From: Selaginella moellendorffii
Lineage: Eukaryota > Plantae > Lycopodiophyta
Length of the DNA stretch: 64,000 nt
Direction of reading: 5' to 3'
Assembly (NCBI RefSeq): GCF_000143415.4
Contig: NW_003314264.1
Location: 3,833,229 to 3,897,228, forward strand
Both the position numbers and the translations under genes were made by a program. The notes beneath the pieces are model-generated. The model did no database searches. It saw nothing but the letters and a program-made list of their open reading frames with translations, and was not told the origin of the DNA. How positions within the stretch are numbered: the stretch's first letter is position 1; every line of letters begins with the position of its first letter. Positions 49,523 to 63,060 of this stretch are shown here, in pieces.

Positions 49523-50833
49523 ATGGAGCCTCCGGCGCTCAAGCATGGCGACGATGTGCTTGTTTCTTATGGGGGGCTCTACTACAATGCCAAGGTGATT
49601 TCAAAGGTTTCGAAGCTAGGGTTTTAGCGATCTTAGCGATCCCATGGCAAATGTAGGTCACCAACATCAAGTTTCGAGCGAATGCTTGGCGGTATTTAGT
49701 GCACTACACGGTTTGTTTGAGACTACCAAGAAATGTGCCAGTGGATTTTATTGTCCTGATTTTATTGTCCTGTATTTTTGCAGGGATGGAGCAAAAAGTA
49801 GTGTAACCCTTGATATTAATCTAGGCAATGGCCTCGATTCTTGGTTTTGCAGATTTGACGAGTGGGTTCGCAGCAATCGCATTTTCGACGAGAAGGCCAG
49901 GGGCCAGCTTAAGATCGCCCCAAAGGTAAAGCAGGAGCTTGGTTTCAGCGATGGATTGAACCGGCAGGAGGCAAATCCTTCGGACTCGCTGTCCAAAGTC
50001 TCCAAAGTCGAGCAGTCCAAGCGTTGCAAGCGTCCTCCTTCTGTGGGAGCCACTGCTGGGAGGGGAAAGATGATAAAAACTCCTAAACAGGAGTTTATAA
50101 TCGAGAGCCCTAGCGATTTGGGAAAACAGGACGCGAAGCTTCTTCCAATTCAGGTACCGTAGTTTCTTTCAATGCTACTTTACTATTGCTTTGTCTCTTT
50201 TCGTTTCTGATGCTAGATTGTTCTGCCGAGAACTTTGCGGCGACATCTGCAGGATCACAAGGATCGCATCGAGAACCTCCAACTCACAAGACTTCCCAAG
50301 AAACCCAGCGTGGAGGACATTCTGAAATTGTATCAAGACCACAGGATGCTCAAGAGAGGAAAAATTGAGAGGTGTATATATAATGCCGTCAAGTTTCATT
50401 GTGCAAACTTTTACCTTCCAGGATTGACGTCGAGGTTTCGAACGGCCTGCGGTATTACTTCGACAGAACTCTCAAGAACTTGCTCTTGTACCCGGCAGAA
50501 CGGAAGCAATACGCAACCTTGCTTTCGCTCAACAGTGACGTTGTATCATCCACGATCTATGGAGCCGAGCATTTGCTTCGTCTCTTCCGTAAGTGATGAG
50601 CTTTCCACCTTTAAGCCCTCTTAACAAATCACCTAGATAACAGCCAAACTCCCGGAGCTTCTCGTGTATGATCAGCTCAAGGAGAAAGAGGTGTCCGAGC
50701 TCGAAGACAAAGTGATGGAGATAATGCTGTAAGTGGACCATTGCAATCTTCTTCTGTTTCGTTTTGTTTGCTTGACTCAAGAAGCCATGGCAGATTCATT
50801 GAGCGAAACGAGTCGCAGTTCCTGTGTGCTTAA
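49523..50833 (+). CDS. MRG-family chromatin protein (chromo-barrel plus MRG domain)
   Basis: YYNAKV...YLVHY.GWSK.FDEWV; LPKKPSVEDILKLY; GLRYYFDRTLKNLLLYPAERKQY; IYGAEHLLRLF; LPELL. Confidence 0.88.
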
Positions 50834-51048
50834 TCGAACCATAGACGTATCAGGTGGTGATTAAGTTCGCTTTCATCGTTTCATGATGTGGTAGCTTGTG
50901 TTTTTTGTAATTTTATGGTTATAGCGCTCTCGCACGAGCGATGAGCTACTGAAAACGTAGATAGCTTTTCACTGATGCCATTAACAATTCTCAGTGAGTT
51001 GACGGACTTTTGGCTCGAGAACAAAGCTGCTAGCGATCGAAAATCATT

Positions 51049-51829
51049 GCACGAGAGGAGTGTGGCTCCCTCTCCTGCTACTCTACTTTGTCGATATTTC
51101 TATAGTAGATTGGAGCAGACAGTGTGGACCACACCTCGACCATTAGTGAAAAAAGGGAAAGTTTCTTCCTTCTTTATCTTCCCCAAGGACAAGCAGACCT
51201 CTGTACATGTCAACGTTCACTTCTTTTCTATCAGCAAGCAAGCGAGCAAAACAAAAGAATCGAGCCAGGGGTCGAACACTGCAGCATCTCTTTTTTCTCC
51301 TTTCCTCGTTGCTTGCTCTTTTGGCGGCCTCTCAAGAAGACAAGAAAAAGAGAGACAAGCACAGTTGGATTCGATCCGATTCCTGTACCTCCCCTTGGCT
51401 CCTTACAAGTTAACATAATCTCATAATTCCAAAAGGGTTTGTAAAAGTAAAATATAAATAATTAAAAATATTTATAAATCAAAGTTAAACAAAAAAACTG
51501 TGGTTGGGGAGAGTGTGGCTCTTTCATAATCTTTCATATGCTTGTATATGTCAAGCACGAAAGGAGTGTGGCTCCCTCTCTTGCTACTCTACTTTGTCGA
51601 TATTTCTATAGTAGATTGGAACACAGGCAGACAGTGTGGACCACACCTCGACCATTAGTGAAAAAAGAGAAAGTTTCTTCCTTCTTGAGAGGCCACCAAA
51701 AGAGCAAGCAACGAGGAAAGGAGAAAAAAGAGATGATGCAGTGTTCAACCCCTGGCTCAATTCTTTCGTTTTGCTCGCTTGCTTGCTGATAGAAAAGAAG
51801 TGAACAATGACATATACAAGCATATGAAA
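51049..51829. repeat. Local duplication-inversion
   Basis: 51049-51174 is repeated directly at 51555-51686. About 51215-51339 is repeated inverted at 51681-51805. A 22-bp inverted repeat lies at 51532-51553 / 51808-51829. Confidence 0.85.
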
Positions 51830-54450
51830 ATCTTAAAAATTAAAATAGAAGAAACGAAATACATATTTAGAATATAGAAAAATGCAAACATGAGAAAATA
51901 TTGAAAATGAAGAAAAATATCAAGATGAAAATGAATATCTTATAATAAAATATATACCAAATTTGATACACAAAGTAAAACAAATGCAAACATTCTCAAC
52001 AATAAAAAGATAATCAATGCACAATAGTGACATAAATGATAAACTATTATTTTTAAAATGTATATCATAAACACTAGGTAGTGGACAAATATTGAAAGTA
52101 ACTAAAGATCTAAGAGAGAAGAAATTATTTCTAACAACATATACAAGAATGGGGAAAACAAGATTAATTAAAAAAAATAACAACCATTGAAAAGATTACA
52201 TAATTCCTAAATAAAATCCATTGGTGATGAAGAAATACAAATAGCTATAGATGCAACACTAACTGTAAAAGAAAAAATAAATAATAAAGCTATAGCATTG
52301 AAATAATATGAAAAAATAATTACAAATATCAATTACTAGTTATAAAGTAGAAATTTTAGAAATTAAGAGATTAAAAGAAGTACACAGTATATATAAAATT
52401 TTAAATAGAATTTATAAAATTAAGAACACTTTAAATTATAAAATATTTGAAAATATAATATCAAATATTATGAATTACATAGATAACAAGACAATATAGA
52501 CATAAACAGTTTATAAAAAATAAAAATAATGAATCCTACTAAAAAAAATAAAGATACAAAAAAATTAAAACTTTGAAGTCCAACTATTAAAAATAACATA
52601 ATAATATCCATATACTATATACAAATAATCAAGTACAACATTAAGACTCCATCTTGAATGAAAAGTTAATTTAATAGCAAAAATAGCATTCATTAAAATA
52701 TTAATGACAAAATTTCAAAGGATTAAAAATTTAGTATTAAACTATTTATGAAATAATATAAATTACAAACTATAAAGTTTATAAATACATATATATACAT
52801 GTGATAATACACTAATTATAGTACTAAAGCATATTAACCATCCATATGAGATTTGAATATGATCCATCCATCCAAAGCATTCATATTAGTGGAGATAAAG
52901 GGCAATGCAATTTGTACCTAAAGGGCAAAGTTTTTTAGCAGTGCTTTACTTTAGTATTCAAGATTATGTTTTTCCCTTTTATTTTTTCATTCTCTTTTAG
53001 AGTTAGATTTGTATTAGCTTTTTGCAAGATCTAGAATTCTAGCTATTGCTATTTTTAAATTTGCTCTTTCTTCTAATCTTTATTACATTCTCTTCTTTTA
53101 CCATGTCATGTTGTCATCGATTAAGGAATATATTATTTGAGATTGCTTTTGCTATTTTTTTGGATTGAACTTTTGATATTATGGGGTGTGATTATATTGG
53201 TGCTACACTAGTCCTTGATGTATTGCCATCTCCAACTTTTGTGGGACATAATTATACAGCTTGTCTTGTTTTCAATGTTCTGACATCTCTAGTTGATATG
53301 GAGTGTGATCATGACATTGATTGGCAATCTATGGATAATACAGTTTAGTTCTTGGAGAATGTTTGAGGATTAAGTTCATAAAAAGATGATATGTACAAAC
53401 TCTAGTGGATTCTAGATTATGATGACAAATTTAATTATTATGGAGATAATTTTGGAAATGAAGTGAAGATTTTGTGGGGTAGGTATCAATCCCAGCTTGA
53501 GCCACTTTTTCATGTTTTTAGTGTTCCTTCCTCCTCTGCAATATTTCATTTTCCTGGCATATTGATCATTTGTAACTCTTATAATTTTCATTCTTAGTCT
53601 AGTGTTGAGTTAAGTATTTTCTATCTTCCTCATATTAATCTAGATGTTGAGTATGTGTATAAAGTAAAGAATTTTACTTTTGTTTCATTGACACCAAGCA
53701 CACTAAACTTCCAAATTCCTAACATCACTTGGTACAACAAAACTTGATCATAGGACCCTCTAAATCCCAAGCCTTGAGTGCAACACTTGCTTCGGGATGC
53801 CAAGGGGAAACACTGTTTCCTAATGGCCTAGTATAGGTACCCCTACTCCCTCACTTCCATCCTAAAGGGAAGGCCCAAGCCCCTAGGAAGGGCGAGGACC
53901 AATGAGTCGCAAGGTACTTAAGTGGGGTAGCATTCCACATGAGTCAGGAGCATTGTAGTTGGTTTCCCTTCCGGGAGTGAGAGTTGCTCGATGCCCACAT
54001 CAAATGCCTTTTATTAATCCTACGACTTGTTGACTATGTCTTCAGGGGCATCCCCCCACTTAGCAGTGTGCCTAAGTTAGCTTCCCCACACAAGAGCCCA
54101 TGACAATGGAATATAAGTGTCCCTATACCCCTCCCCTCACCACATGCTAGTATGGGTTGGGACTTGAACCCAGCCTTGCTTTACTAAAGGGTTGGGACAT
54201 GAACTCAACCTCCGTAGAATACATTTACGAATTTAACATCCCCGGGGGGAGTCGGGCGTAGTTCCCTACGCCTGGTTGATTTAACTAACCCATGTTAATT
54301 AGCTTACCTTCGGTGTGTCTTCGGATCCCAACATATAACATATTTCTTGAAATAGATTTTTTAATTGAATTTCTCATAAGTATATAAAGTTCTACCTTGC
54401 AAAAATTCCTCCACTAAATTCTACATATTCGGTATGTTCTTCTTCAGTTT

Positions 54451-57400
54451 TCATGTTGCTTTGCAATGTGGAAATCCTTTCCACTTCACATGAAACTCCC
54501 TCACCTTGTGTCTTTCTCGCTTGCTCTTGGTCACATTGAGGATGGCCTTGACTTCGTATTTCTCTTCCCTTTGGATAACCTCAGGCAAAGGTCTTATTTG
54601 GTCCTTGCGAAGCGGATCCTTAAAGTACAGCTTGAGTAAGTTCACATGGAACATAGGGTGCATCTTCCCCATCTCTTGAGGAAGTCGGAGGCAGTAAGCC
54701 ATCTTACCAATTCGTGCCTCAATCTCATAAGGCCCCGCAAACCTGCTTAAGGAACTCAAAATCAGTTCATTTCCAGGAATACATGCATTTTTACCTTTGG
54801 GTCAACTTTTGATTGATCCCACTTTGTACTTTTAGGTTCTTGGTGTTCAGCCACACCTTCTCCTTAGATTAGAACTCTACATCCCAACACTTCTAGTTCA
54901 CATACCTGGTTTGCCTTTGTTAAGCTTGTTCCAAGGAATCCCTCACTAGATTCCAAATGTTAAGTCTTTCTGCTGTGAATGCCTCCATTGTGGATAATTC
55001 TCCATGATACTCGGCCATGCTAAGTTCCATAAAACCTTCAATAGCTCACCCATTGATGACTTCCCATGGACTCACCCCAATATTTGAGTGTGGTGAGTTG
55101 TTATAGCACATTTCCGCAAGTCCCAAATGATTTACCTAATTAGTTCGGTTTCTGAAGACATAGCATCGTAAATAATCCTCCAACTACTTATTCACCTTTT
55201 CCATTTGTCCATCTGTCAAAAAGTGTTAGTGCCAACAAACTTGATTTAATACCCATTATCTGTCTGTGGGTGATAGGCTGTGCTGAATTTCAACTTGGTG
55301 CAATATTGTTAAAAAGAGTTTTCCAGAACCTGCTGGTGAAGATCTTATCTCAATCTAAGATAATCTTTTTTGGCCTTCTCTACACTTAAACCACTTGTTC
55401 AATTTGGAATTGGGATGCTTTGTAACAAGCCCCCACTAACCCTAGTCATGGCTTTGACTTGCTAATATGTTGGGCATGTCTTTACATAATCTTAGACGTC
55501 TTTAGCTATATCTAGCTAGTGATACTTCTTCTTGAGTAAGCCCATCATCTTGGGCACTCTACCGTGTCCCGCAAGAGTCCGTCATAACACTCTTCTAAGG
55601 CTACCTTCCTTAGTTCCTTTTCTGGAACATACACCTTGTTTGTTTATAATAGATGAGTCCATTGTGTTTTATATAACATGTTTTCTCTTCTATTAGCAGC
55701 TCACCTCTTTGGTGAGCTTCTCACTCCTCTTGGTTCCTCAGCAACACTTCTTGTGCTAGACTATTGTTCTCATACATTATTCGCACATTGCCCTAAAAGG
55801 TTATTGTTGCGCTAGGTATTACCAACTTCAAGCTTGCCTTTCGACTTAGAGCATATGCCACAATGTTATTTTTCCCAGGTTTATACAAAATCTCGCAATC
55901 AAACTTGGCCAAAGCATTGGCCCACCGACTTTGTTTCCCCTCTTATATCGGGCTATGACAAGAAGTGTTTTGTTACCACATTATCTGTGTAAACTTTGAA
56001 GTATCTCCCAAAGTAGTGTTGCCACTCCTTGAGTGCCTTGACCACCACAAACAATTCCTTCTCATGGGCAAACAACTTTTGCTGAGCATTATCCAACTTC
56101 TTTGAGAAGAATGCTATTGAATGGTTGTCCTGTTTCAAAACTGTGTCCAATGCAACGTCTAAAGCGTCCATTTCTACCTCGAAGTCCTTACCAAAGTCTG
56201 GTAATGCCAATATGGGAGTCTTCCTCAACTTCCCTTTGAGGTGGATAAATGTCGCCTCGCATTCTGCTATCCATACCCTCTTTCCTTTTCCTGATTGGTC
56301 TATTACTCTCGAATAGTGTTTAATAAACTTTCAGTAGTAGTTGTATGGCCCCAAAAATGCCCTCAACTCATGTACATTCGATGGTTGCTCCCATTCCTGG
56401 ATTTCTTGGATCTTCTTAGGGTCGATCTTGAGCCCGTCCTTGCCCACCACATGCCTGAGAAATGTTACATCTTATTGAGCAAAGTCACATTTGCTCTCTT
56501 TAGCATACAACTTGTGTTCCCTTAGTTTCTCAAATACATTCGTAAAGTGTTTAGCATGCTCCTTTAGCGTCTCGCTATAGATCAAGATATCCTCAATATA
56601 GATAACCACAAAGTGATCCAGATAGGGTACAAAAATGTGGTTCATTAGCACCGAAAATGTTGCTAGCACATTGCACATCCCAACAAAAACTTAGAGCTCC
56701 CATACCTTGTTTGACGGGTTGTCTTCTCGACATCTTCCTTTGCTACCTTGATCTGGTAGCATCCTAACCTTAAGTTGATTCTCGAGAAGTATTTCACCTT
56801 TCCCAACCTATCGAACAGGTCCTCAATCCTTGGTAAAGGGTACTTGTTCTTTTTCGTATACTTGTTAAGCAACCAGTAATTTATGCACATGCACATAAAT
56901 TCATTTTTCTTTTTCATAAATAACACCGGTGCACCATATAGTGACTTACTCAACCTAATATACCCTTTTTCCACCAACTCCTCAAGCTGGTGTTTGAGCT
57001 CCTCGAGTTCCTTTTCGTTCAACCAATAGAGGGGACAAAACACTACTTTATCACCCTCGACTAGCTCGATCTTATGTTCTATCGGTTATTCGGGGGGTAA
57101 CCCCACTAGTAACTCCTCTGGCATAGTATTTTAGAATTGGTCTAACACCCGCTAGATCACTAAAGACACTTCTTTTGTTTCTATCTTTTCATCACTCCTC
57201 ACCGAGAGTAAGCACAAAAATGTTACCTTGGTTCCTTTAGTGAGCTATCCTCTTGTGGACACTACATGCAAGTAGGAGTCTTTGACCTTACATTACCCTA
57301 CCTTTAGATCTTGGGCCTCCACCCTAGATAATTCTCCTCGGGTATTTGAGTACCATAAGGTTCCTACGTTGTCCATGCAGGGCTACCACGAACCGATTGA

Positions 57401-58638
57401 ACCAATCCATCCCAAAGATTACGTCAAATCCCGCCATGTCTAACACAGTAAAATCCATATTTACTTTCCATGTCCCTATTTCGACTCTTGCTTGTCAAAG
57501 TACCTCATCGGTACTCTGGTTACCTTGAACAAACTCTATAATCCTTGGTTCACCCAGCCGCTACACCGTTAGTCCAGCTTGCCAAACTATTTCTACAGCC
57601 ACAAAATTATCCAAAGCACCTGTGTTAATAAAGATCTTAACAAAGCTACCTCCGAACTTCCATCGGAGGGTTAGTAGATGTCGCTACTTTGAGCTAGGGA
57701 CTAGATCACATACCTCAATTTAGATTTCACTTGACTTAATGGCCATATTGGCTTTGGCCTTCTTCGGGTAAGGATATTCCTTTGAAAAGTATCCCACTTC
57801 ACCACAATTGAACATATGTTATTTTCCATGCTACTAGTAGACTTGACCTTCTTATCCGTAGGTTTGTCTCTTTTCTTTTGACTCCCCCATGTACCTGCTC
57901 GCTGGCCACCAGATTTGCCTTTCTAGAACTTCAAGGACTCATTCTTAGAGAAAGTCTTTTTGAATTTCCCTTTGTCATATGTCCCCTTGGTTTGGCCCCT
58001 TTGCTAAACATGGATCCCAACCCCGTCATGTTCCCCTTTCACAGGTAATCATTGAAATGCACTTTGATAATTGTATCTAACGCTTCTTTGTAATTGGTTG
58101 GGTTCCAATGCATCACTTCGCCGTGAGCCAAAGTTTGCAAGCTTGATATAAAGGCATGGAACACATCTATATCACCCATATTCGTGACAAGTATCCTCTT
58201 TGCCATAAACCCATTTACATACTCTTGAATAGTTCTGGTCTACTTCAGCTTACTCAACTCATCCCTTAGGTTGAGAGTAGCATTTAGAAGAACGTAAGTC
58301 GTGCAAATCCTCACCTTCATCATTTCCCAAGTGGCCATCGGTCCTTCGTTGGCCTCTATCATTCTCCACCAAGACTTGGCATTATCTGCCAAGTATGGTT
58401 TTGCACATGGGACCTTCTCCAAGCTCGGTAATTGCAATGCTCGGAAGTAGTTCTCCATATCATAAAACCAATCCTCCACCACTTTATAGTCATTCACTCC
58501 CTTGAAGACCAGTGAGGGTTTTGGTTTGTACTTGGGAACTGCTTGAGGGACTGATTCCACTTCAGTCTGTTTGACTTTGTTCGGTTTTGCCTCAGTCCCT
58601 ACTGAAGGGTTTGCACCTTTTGCACTGCCAACATCCAC
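54451..58638 (-). pseudogene. gag-pol pseudogene of the chromovirus
   Basis: Fragmented ORFs 58240-58638, 56663-57043, 56472-56678, 55953-56228 and 54451-54759 with stops and frameshifts. Catalytic motifs are mutated. Confidence 0.9.
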
Positions 58639-60541
58639 AGTCTTTTGCTTTTTCTTCCGCTTCTTGTCATGTTTTAGCTTGCATATGAGAGTCTCTAGTT
58701 GGGCATTGGTCTATGCCAATTGTCCTTCTAGAACGTCCAATTTAGCTTTGGACGACCAAACCTTACCACCAGACTCATGTTTGGAAGTTTCCTTACTAGA
58801 GTCCTCCTCATGTAAGGATTCCTCATCCATAGCCTCTTGTTCGACCAGAGGCTCCAGCTCTGGAGGAGGTTCCATCTTCACCTTGGTTCATTTACACCCT
58901 GCCTTTGCCATCTCCCAGCAATCTGCCTTTATCCTTCGTTAGAATTGAGGAAAAGGCTCCGATACTAAATTATAAGCCACAAATTTTGCCTTTTCGATTT
59001 GCCAGCTTATATTGTCTATCTGACCAATATTACCTTGGCCTTAGCTAACTTTCCTTGCCAAGGTTCCCGCTTATTGTATTAGCTCCTACTCGATTTCAGC
59101 TACTCACTACACGAATAATGGAGTGTTAGCCATCCATCCACGAATTCCTTAATCTCTCCCAATCCCCCTCCCTATGTTAAACTAGATTTAAGGTTCAGAT
59201 ACACTCCCTGCAGACACAAGCCGCCAAGCACACTAAGCCTCCAAGTTCCTAACATCCCTTGGTACAACAAGACTTAATCATAGGACCCCTAAATCCTAAA
59301 CTTTGGGTGCAACACTTGCTTTGAGACGCTAGGCGGAAACACCGTGGCCTAACGGCTCGGTATGGGTACCCCTACTCCCCCACTTCCATCCCGAAGGGAA
59401 GGCCCAAGCCCCTAGGAAGGGCGAGAACTAATGAGCCACAAGGTACTCAAATGGGGCACTACTCGACATGAGCTAGGAGCATTGTGTGAGACACAAATCC
59501 CTAAGCCCCAAAGTGGAGCCGAAAGGGTGCCACATGGTAGTGGCTGAAGCAAAAGCCAAACAAGTGTAACACGTTTGGACTAAAAGGCTCCGACTTGAAA
59601 GGTTGAGAGCGGGAGTGGAACTCCCAACGAAGTGCTCAAGAAACAAGTATGAAACAAGCAATAAGCGAGGCTCCAAAAAGGGACCCAAAAGGACCAACAC
59701 ATGACACATGGAAGTGTCCGAGATGGAGTCCGAGATGGACCCGAGTTGGAGTCCAAGGTGGAGTCCGAGATGGAGTCCGAGATGGACCGCGATGGAGTCC
59801 GAGATGGAGTCCGAGATGGACCGCGATGGAGTCTGAGATGGAGTCCGAGATGGACCCTAAACCGAGCCCGAGAGGGTGAAAGCCCAAAGCGTTCATCTCC
59901 CAGAACCTTGGGGGTTTGGTGAGCTCCAAAAGTATAGTAAGGGGGAGGACTGCAGTGGAGCCAGTTTGGCCAGGAAAGGCCAGTTTGGCCAGGAAAGACC
60001 AGTTTGGCCCAGGAAGGTTGTACCCAGTGTTGTGTGATGAGCTGCCCACTGGGAAATCCAAGATTAGAGTGAACACAAACTAGCAAATGGGGTAGCTTGG
60101 TGAAGTGTTCAAGAGCCAGCTCTAGTTCCCCCAGGAGATCGACTGGCCGATGCTCCCAATCCAAGTGTGGGTGGCACTACCTACTTGGATACCAGGCATG
60201 GCTCAGCGGAACCTCGCTCTAAGTCTATAGCTAGAGCACCCAAAGGCGGAAGGCAGGGAGAGTACCCACGGGGCTTGCATAAGGCCACGATGTTCCAAAA
60301 TGTTGCCCCAAAGGCCTAAATTGTGGAAAGGAAGAGGAGGGGACCAGAAAGGGGATATTGGGGAAGACTATTCCCCATGTTTGTGGGCATCCTAAGGATG
60401 CTAAGGAGTGGATCTGGGATGATCACTCATGGACAAATGGCCTAGTCTTTGAGAGACGGGACTGTGGTGTAGGTGGTGTCAAACCACTGGTGTGACCAAG
60501 GAGAATGGGCATAGCTTTAGCATAACGGGCTAATGTGTCGG

Positions 60542-61222
60542 TGTAGTGCATGTGATCATGGGATGAGATTCGGATATACTGTCACCGTGGATCCTTGGAA
60601 CCTTGGGGGATAAAATAGCCACTAAGGGCTCTCTCATCAAACAATTGCCCTTTTTCCAGTTGGTTTAAGGGGAGAGAGATAAGGTGCGCTACAGTTGGTA
60701 TCAGAGCAAATGGCACAGGTTCGATTCCCATTGATTAGTGGCTACTTAAAAGTATAATATACCCTTGAGCAAGGTATATTCCTACCCCTAAATTTGAAAT
60801 CGTACGTATTGGACATCCATGCGTACGTCCTTCCTCTTGTGTGGTGTATCCACGGACGAAGGTATCCACCGTGGGACTGCGGTACGGGTGGATGACTAGT
60901 TGCCTCATATGGAATAGCTAGTCTACACAATGGAAGGATTGATAGATTGAGTCCGGAAATGGAGGTACTGATTCCCCTTGGCTTAGTAGGGGTTGCTAGT
61001 CAATAGTCAAGTAGGGGTTGGGGGATAAAATAGCCACTAAGGGCTCTCTCATCAAGCAATTGCCCCTTTTCCAGTTGGCTTAAGGATCCCCTTGGCTTAG
61101 TAGGGGTTGCTAGTCAATAGTCAAGTAGGGGTTGGGGGATAAAATAGCCACTAAGGGCTCTCTCATCAAGCAATTGCCCCTTTTCCAGTTGGCTTAAGGG
61201 GAGAGAGATAAGGTGCGCTACA
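60542..61222 (+). mobile_element. TRIM family B (non-autonomous LTR element)
   Basis: 5' LTR 60542-60693 (TGTAG...CTACA); PBS TGGTATCAGAGC at 60696-60707; 5'-truncated 3' LTR ending CTACA at 61222; perfect TSD GTCGG; internal ~115-bp tandem duplication. Confidence 0.88.
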
Positions 61223-61352
61223 GTCGGTGGTGCCTTGGGGTGTCGGTCATGGGATCGGACACGTGGAGCACTTGGACCAAGTGCAAAGGTTGAGTGGCGG
61301 GGATGCCATTCTCGAGGCTAGCAAGCCCAAGTCCAAAATAGGACTTATGGAG

Positions 61353-62452
61353 TGTCGCGAATGTGACTTCGGGTATCAAAAATTACCTGTCGACTAGTCC
61401 TTACGGACACTCTTACCTTACTGCCACGATGGCAGGAGGTCGGTATTGCTGGACCCGTTATCAGTCTCTGCCTAAGCTAATTGAGAAACTGGTCATCACA
61501 TGTGCACTTAGACCAGAAGGGCACTAAGGAAGGAAATCCTAAGTTGTCATTTAGTCAAGCAGACTTGACATGGTGATGACAAACTCATGATGTTGGCTTG
61601 CACTTGCTAGTGTTGGGAACCCCTGCGATATTGAGCTTGGTCCCTCAATATCACTAGATGATAACTTACTGTGTCTACCAAACACCCTCGCTATCATGCT
61701 TCTTGTGTTAGTCTCATTTCGGTCCCAAATGCTATTTATGGAAAGTGTCTAGATTTGCTCATTTGACATATTTACAGAATGTAAAGATCATCCTGAACAC
61801 AATGGTGTTCGTCCCATGTCCAAATTCGCAATTTAAGGACATTCCATATTTAGTAAATTTCAAGCTTGTCCCAGAGACTAACTCCTGATACTAAAGGAGG
61901 CTTGGGGTGAAACCCCAAAGTGTGTGTTCCTCAAGGGGGGGGGGGGGGGGGGGGGGGGGGCGCTTGGGGTTCCCCAATTTCCTCAAGGAGGGGGGGGGGG
62001 GGCTCCTGCTTGCGAAACTATCCTTGTTTTGGGTCCGGCTTGGGTCTAAGCCCAAGTTCCATTCCATGCTAGCTAGTGGAGTACCCATAGCCTCACGTTA
62101 GGCCACCAGTATGCTGAAATAGCGCCAAACTCCGTTTGGCTCTGTTTTGCGTGCTGGTCCTGGCATTGGGAAGTTGGTTGCTCCAGGACTGTTCCAAGTC
62201 GCTCCGGGCTCCTGTCCCTTCGCTCCTTGGGCTATATGCTTGGGAGTTGCTCTATGGTTCGGTTTCATCACTCCTTGGCTCCACGCTTGGGAGTTTGGCA
62301 CCGTTCCTTCGTTCAGTGGCCCAAGGCCCTGAACCTTGAGTTCCGCACCACGTTCCTTTGGACACGTGGCATGTGACACGTGGCATCTGTCACGTGGCAC
62401 AAAGTGGGTTTAGGTTCCGCTTCGTGGTGTTATCCTATGGTAAATCACCATA
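61353..62452 (+). mobile_element. LTR-like repeat family C, probable solo LTR with poly-G tracts
   Basis: Interrupts family A at ...TTATGGAG|GTTGTGAG. Homologous to 2860-4303. Shows the empty Cassandra site (GAGACTAACTCCTG). Confidence 0.75.
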
Positions 62453-62699
62453 GAAGGTTGTGAGTGAGACTCCTCCAAGTGGTCGAAGGTGTGGTTAAGT
62501 GACTAAAGTAGAATGGAAAAATTTAGTCACTTACACATTATAGTCAATTTCCCTTCTAAAAGTGGGATTTGCTCTTGAGCACTTTCTTGGGTGGCCCCTC
62601 CGACATCACCCGAGTCTTTAATCACTCCCACCCAAGGCCCCTCGGCCCCAGTCTCAACCTCAAGTTAGTTTGGAAGCATCACTGGAGAGTTCCTTCAAG

Positions 62700-63060
62700 A
62701 TTGGTTCCTAGACCTCACTATCCCTACTATACTTTTGGAACTCCTTGCAATGACCCCCCCTCCACCCCCTTGGGAGACACATGCTTTGGGCTTTCACCCC
62801 ACGACCTGTATTAATATTTGGACTTGCTCTCAAACTTGATCTCGGACTTGGTCTAGGACCCAACCTTGGACTTGATCTCGGATTCGACCTTGGACTCTGT
62901 CTTGCTCGGACTTGATCTCGGACTCGGTCTTGGACCCGATCTCGGATCTCAAACTCGGTCTTGCACTCAATCTCGGACTTGGTCTCACACTCGGTCTCGG
63001 ACTCGGTCTCGGACTCGGTCTTAGAGTTGGTCTCAGACTCGATCTCAGACTTGGTCTCAT
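62700..63060 (-). mobile_element. Degenerate fragment related to LTR family A
   Basis: CCTACTATACTTTTGGA, GCTTTGGGCTTTCACCC and a GACTCG/GTCTCG array shared with 72-818 and 1467-2593. Confidence 0.6.

Larger units (their letters stand above)
59485..62535 (+). mobile_element. Solo LTR family A inserted in the chromovirus LTR, itself split by two insertions
   Basis: TGTGAGACAC...GTCACTTACA termini; TSD CATTG/CATTA. The empty site GAGCATTGTAGT is visible in the sister LTR at about 53948-53959. Confidence 0.88.

Noticed and set aside
51830-53690. ORF 51920-52183 and a possible organellar or Helitron origin for the AT-rich tract
   Set aside because: Low-complexity composition explains the ORF. 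I recognised no organellar gene or Helitron terminus.
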